A stretch of 64,000 bases of DNA from Oliverpabstia sp. (GTDB lineage: Bacteria > Bacillota > Clostridia > Lachnospirales > Lachnospiraceae), in NCBI GenBank assembly GCA_051879295.1, contig JBJELT010000028.1, positions 158 through 64,157 on the forward strand, given 5' to 3'. Made by a program: the position numbers and the translations under genes. The notes under the pieces are model-generated. The model had not been told where the DNA came from and searched no databases. It saw only the letters and a list, made by a program, of their open reading frames with translations. Numbering within the stretch: position 1 is the first letter of the stretch; every line of letters starts with the position of its first letter. Positions 61,585 through 64,000 of the stretch are shown here, piece after piece.

Positions 61585-61859
61585 ATTCTATCTTAAACCT
61601 CCCAGGGTAGGCTAAAATCTATATAAACAAGCTCTGAATCCTACTTCGCATTAATGATAATAAGCTGTAGCGGCATCAAATAGATCTTTCAGCCTACTTT
61701 TCTGCAAAAATAATAGGCTCCCAAATCGTCAAACAAGCCTTGAGGCCTATTTTGTATAAATTATAGTAGGATGGAACCCGAAAAATCAAACGTTGTAGCC
61801 TATTTTCCAGAAAATATAGTAGGCCCAAAAACCGCGGAAATACATTCTATAGCCTACCA
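61585..61859. repeat. Degenerate palindrome array with 53-bp period
   Basis: 29-bp units (consensus AGCCTA-N17-TAGGCT) start at 61585, 61638, 61691, 61744, 61797, with a half unit at 61851. Confidence 0.7.
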
Positions 61860-62233
61860 AGAACGGTACGACATGGGATGGCTGTCTGAACTGTAACATT
61901 TTACAGTTTTCATCAAAAATAATCAGATATTTCATTCATGCGTTTATTCTGCCTTGACCAATACTTCAAGATATTGTACAATAAAGAAAAAATCAGTGAG
62001 GATTTTGGATGTTAATTGTTGTAATGGAGAAAATTGCAAAGTAAATATTGCAGGGATGATTTTTAGTTTGCGCTAAAAGTCTGCCCATTGGTTGGCAGCC
62101 TGTGTTGTCAGCATTTTCGCCTTACAATGCTTAATATTGTGGTAATAATATTCCATAGATAGTGTAGCATGGCTGTATGGTCATGCTTTTCGTTTTTCAT
62201 TTCCATCTATGGGATAATCATATAGAAATGAAC

Positions 62234-62280
62234 AAGACCATAGTATCTTAATGCACTTAAGGTATCTGTGGTCTTTTTTG
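62234..62280 (+). terminator. Terminator within the leader of the MutS2-like gene
   Basis: AAGACCATAG-TATCTTAA..TTAAGGTAT-CTGTGGTCTT-TTTT, about 90 nt before the ATG. Confidence 0.65.
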
Positions 62281-62370
62281 CGTTGAAGGCGACATCAAAA
62301 CAGCTGCTGTTCGTGTACGAATAGCAAGCGGGTGGTAACTTAACGTAACCATTTTAAAAGGAGAATATAG

Positions 62371-64000
62371 ATGAATATTGAAAGACAAATTGAATTTGAC
62401 AAAGTGAAAGAACTATGGGCTGATTTAGCTATTACTGACCAGGCAAAGGAAAAGATCCAAGAAGTTTCCCCCTATTTTTCCGAAAACGAATTGAGAAAGC
62501 AATTAAGGGATACCACCGATGCCAGGAATCTGATTGAAAAACTGGGAACACCGCCCCTGCAGAATATTTCAGAAATGAAAGAAATTCTGTTGATTGTTGA
62601 AAAAGGTGATTGTCTGACACCATATCAGTTAGAACGGGTAGAAAAAGTTTTGGTTGCAGTAAAACGGCTGAAGGATTATTTGGAAAGAGGGAAAATGTAT
62701 AACAATTCCCTGGCTTATTATGATGAAAATCTGAATGAAATTTCAGAATTACGAGAGGAAATATGCTGCAAAATCAGGAATGGTTCTGTGGATGATTACG
62801 CATCGAAAGAATTAGGGCAGATCCGAAATCAAATCACGAAATGTGAAGAACAGATGAAACAGAAAGCAGAACAAATCCTGCGTTCTTATAAAGACTGTAT
62901 GGCAGATAATTACTGTACATTTAGAAATGACCGCATATGCCTTCCGGTAAAAAAGGAATATAAACTTAAGATATCAGGCAGCATCGTGGATAAATCTTCC
63001 ACGGGCAGTACTCTTTTTATTGAACCGACAGGTGTTGCAAAATATTATGAAGAACTGCAGTTACTCAAAATAAATGAAGAAAATGAAGTGTATCGTATTT
63101 TATATACCTTATCAGCCATCGTACTGGCATCGGCTCCCATACTGCATGAAAACCTGACAATGATGGAAAAATTAGATTTTATCTTCTCCAAGGGTAACTT
63201 AAGCCTTGCTATGGATGCTGCAGAACCGATGATTAATACAGAACGCAGAATCAGACTGACCGGGGCACGCCATCCATTGATGGATAAAAAGATAGCAGTA
63301 CCATTACAGTTTGACATAGGTGAAAATCTGCGTGGCATCATTATAACAGGACCCAATACAGGAGGAAAAACGGTGGCAATTAAGACCGTTATGCTAAATT
63401 GTTTCATGGCACAATGTGGACTCCATGTTACATGCAGACAGGCAGACATCTGTATGAATAGTTCTTATCTGTGTGACATTGGAGACGGGCAAAATCTGGC
63501 TGAAAATCTGTCTACTTTTTCTGCACATATAACAAATGTGCTTGAAGTTTTAAGCGAAATTAACAGTGATAGCTTTGTTATTATGGACGAATTAGGCTCC
63601 GGAACAGATCCGGCAGAAGGTATGGGGATTGCCATCGCAATATTGGAGGAGCTTAGAAAAAGCGGTGCAATTTTCCTAGTGACAACTCATTATCCGGAAG
63701 TAAAGGAATATGCAAATAAGGCAAAGGATATCGTCAATGCAAGAATGACCTTTGATAAAGAAACTTTAAGTCCCACTTATCAAATGGTTATTGGAGAAGC
63801 CGGCGAAAGTTGTGCATTTTATATCGCAGACAAGCTGGGAATGCCAAATGAAATGCTCAAGGTAGCAATTCGTGCTGCCTATGGCGAAGATGCTGTGGAC
63901 TCTTATAAGTTTCAAAAGCCAGAAAGTACGATCAGGAAAAGAAACACCACCAGGATTTCTAAATCGAAAAAGGTAAAAAATACTACGGACCTTAGCACCA
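62371..64000 (+). CDS. MutS2-family ATPase (partial, runs off right edge)
   Basis: Not in ORF track. AAAGGAG RBS; MNIERQIEFDKVK..., SSTGSTLFIEP, ITGPNTGGKT, DIGDGQ..LSTFS, DELGSGTDPAEG, TTHY. Confidence 0.88.
   Translation, partial: MNIERQIEFDKVKELWADLAITDQAKEKIQEVSPYFSENELRKQLRDTTDARNLIEKLGTPPLQNISEMKEILLIVEKGDCLTPYQLERVEKVLVAVKRLKDYLERGKMYNNSLAYYDENLNEISELREEICCKIRNGSVDDYASKELGQIRNQITKCEEQMKQKAEQILRSYKDCMADNYCTFRNDRICLPVKKEYKLKISGSIVDKSSTGSTLFIEPTGVAKYYEELQLLKINEENEVYRILYTLSAIVLASAPILHENLTMMEKLDFIFSKGNLSLAMDAAEPMINTERRIRLTGARHPLMDKKIAVPLQFDIGENLRGIIITGPNTGGKTVAIKTVMLNCFMAQCGLHVTCRQADICMNSSYLCDIGDGQNLAENLSTFSAHITNVLEVLSEINSDSFVIMDELGSGTDPAEGMGIAIAILEELRKSGAIFLVTTHYPEVKEYANKAKDIVNARMTFDKETLSPTYQMVIGEAGESCAFYIADKLGMPNEMLKVAIRAAYGEDAVDSYKFQKPESTIRKRNTTRISKSKKVKNTTDLST

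Noticed and set aside
61585-61859. CRISPR array
   Set aside because: Units are too degenerate (only the arms are conserved), linkers are short and A-rich, and no cas genes are present; reported as a phased palindrome array instead.

Overview
Chromosomal window from a low-GC Bacillota organism (gene content resembles Lachnospiraceae/Clostridia; this is inference). Positions ~1-17.2 kb form an accessory tract of short, co-oriented minus-strand genes (WYL regulator, DJ-1/PfpI, kinase-like, VOC, GNATs, ABC transporters, TetR, membrane proteins), many truncated or fused. A 12-bp motif (gene-sense AAATTCCAGTTT, with inverse arm AAATCGGAATTT) recurs at many gene junctions, usually within 0-6 nt of a stop codon, suggesting a cassette-like array with no integrase in view. 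The tract ends in a probable LexA-controlled type I toxin-antitoxin locus and a 1.47-kb Fic mini-island bounded by a 91-bp duplication of the tsf 3' end. The rest is mostly housekeeping: tsf, rpsB, argS, hydFG, htpG with CIRCE, amylosucrase, mutY, sfsA, floA/nfeD inside a two-component operon, and thyX, with several MITE/REP-like repeats. The right end has an Lsa-like ABC-F and a MutS2-like gene transcribed divergently, both with attenuator-like leaders, separated by a degenerate palindrome array with a 53-bp period. No tRNA, rRNA or CRISPR-Cas was seen. Product calls rest on motif recognition only; no database searches were run.
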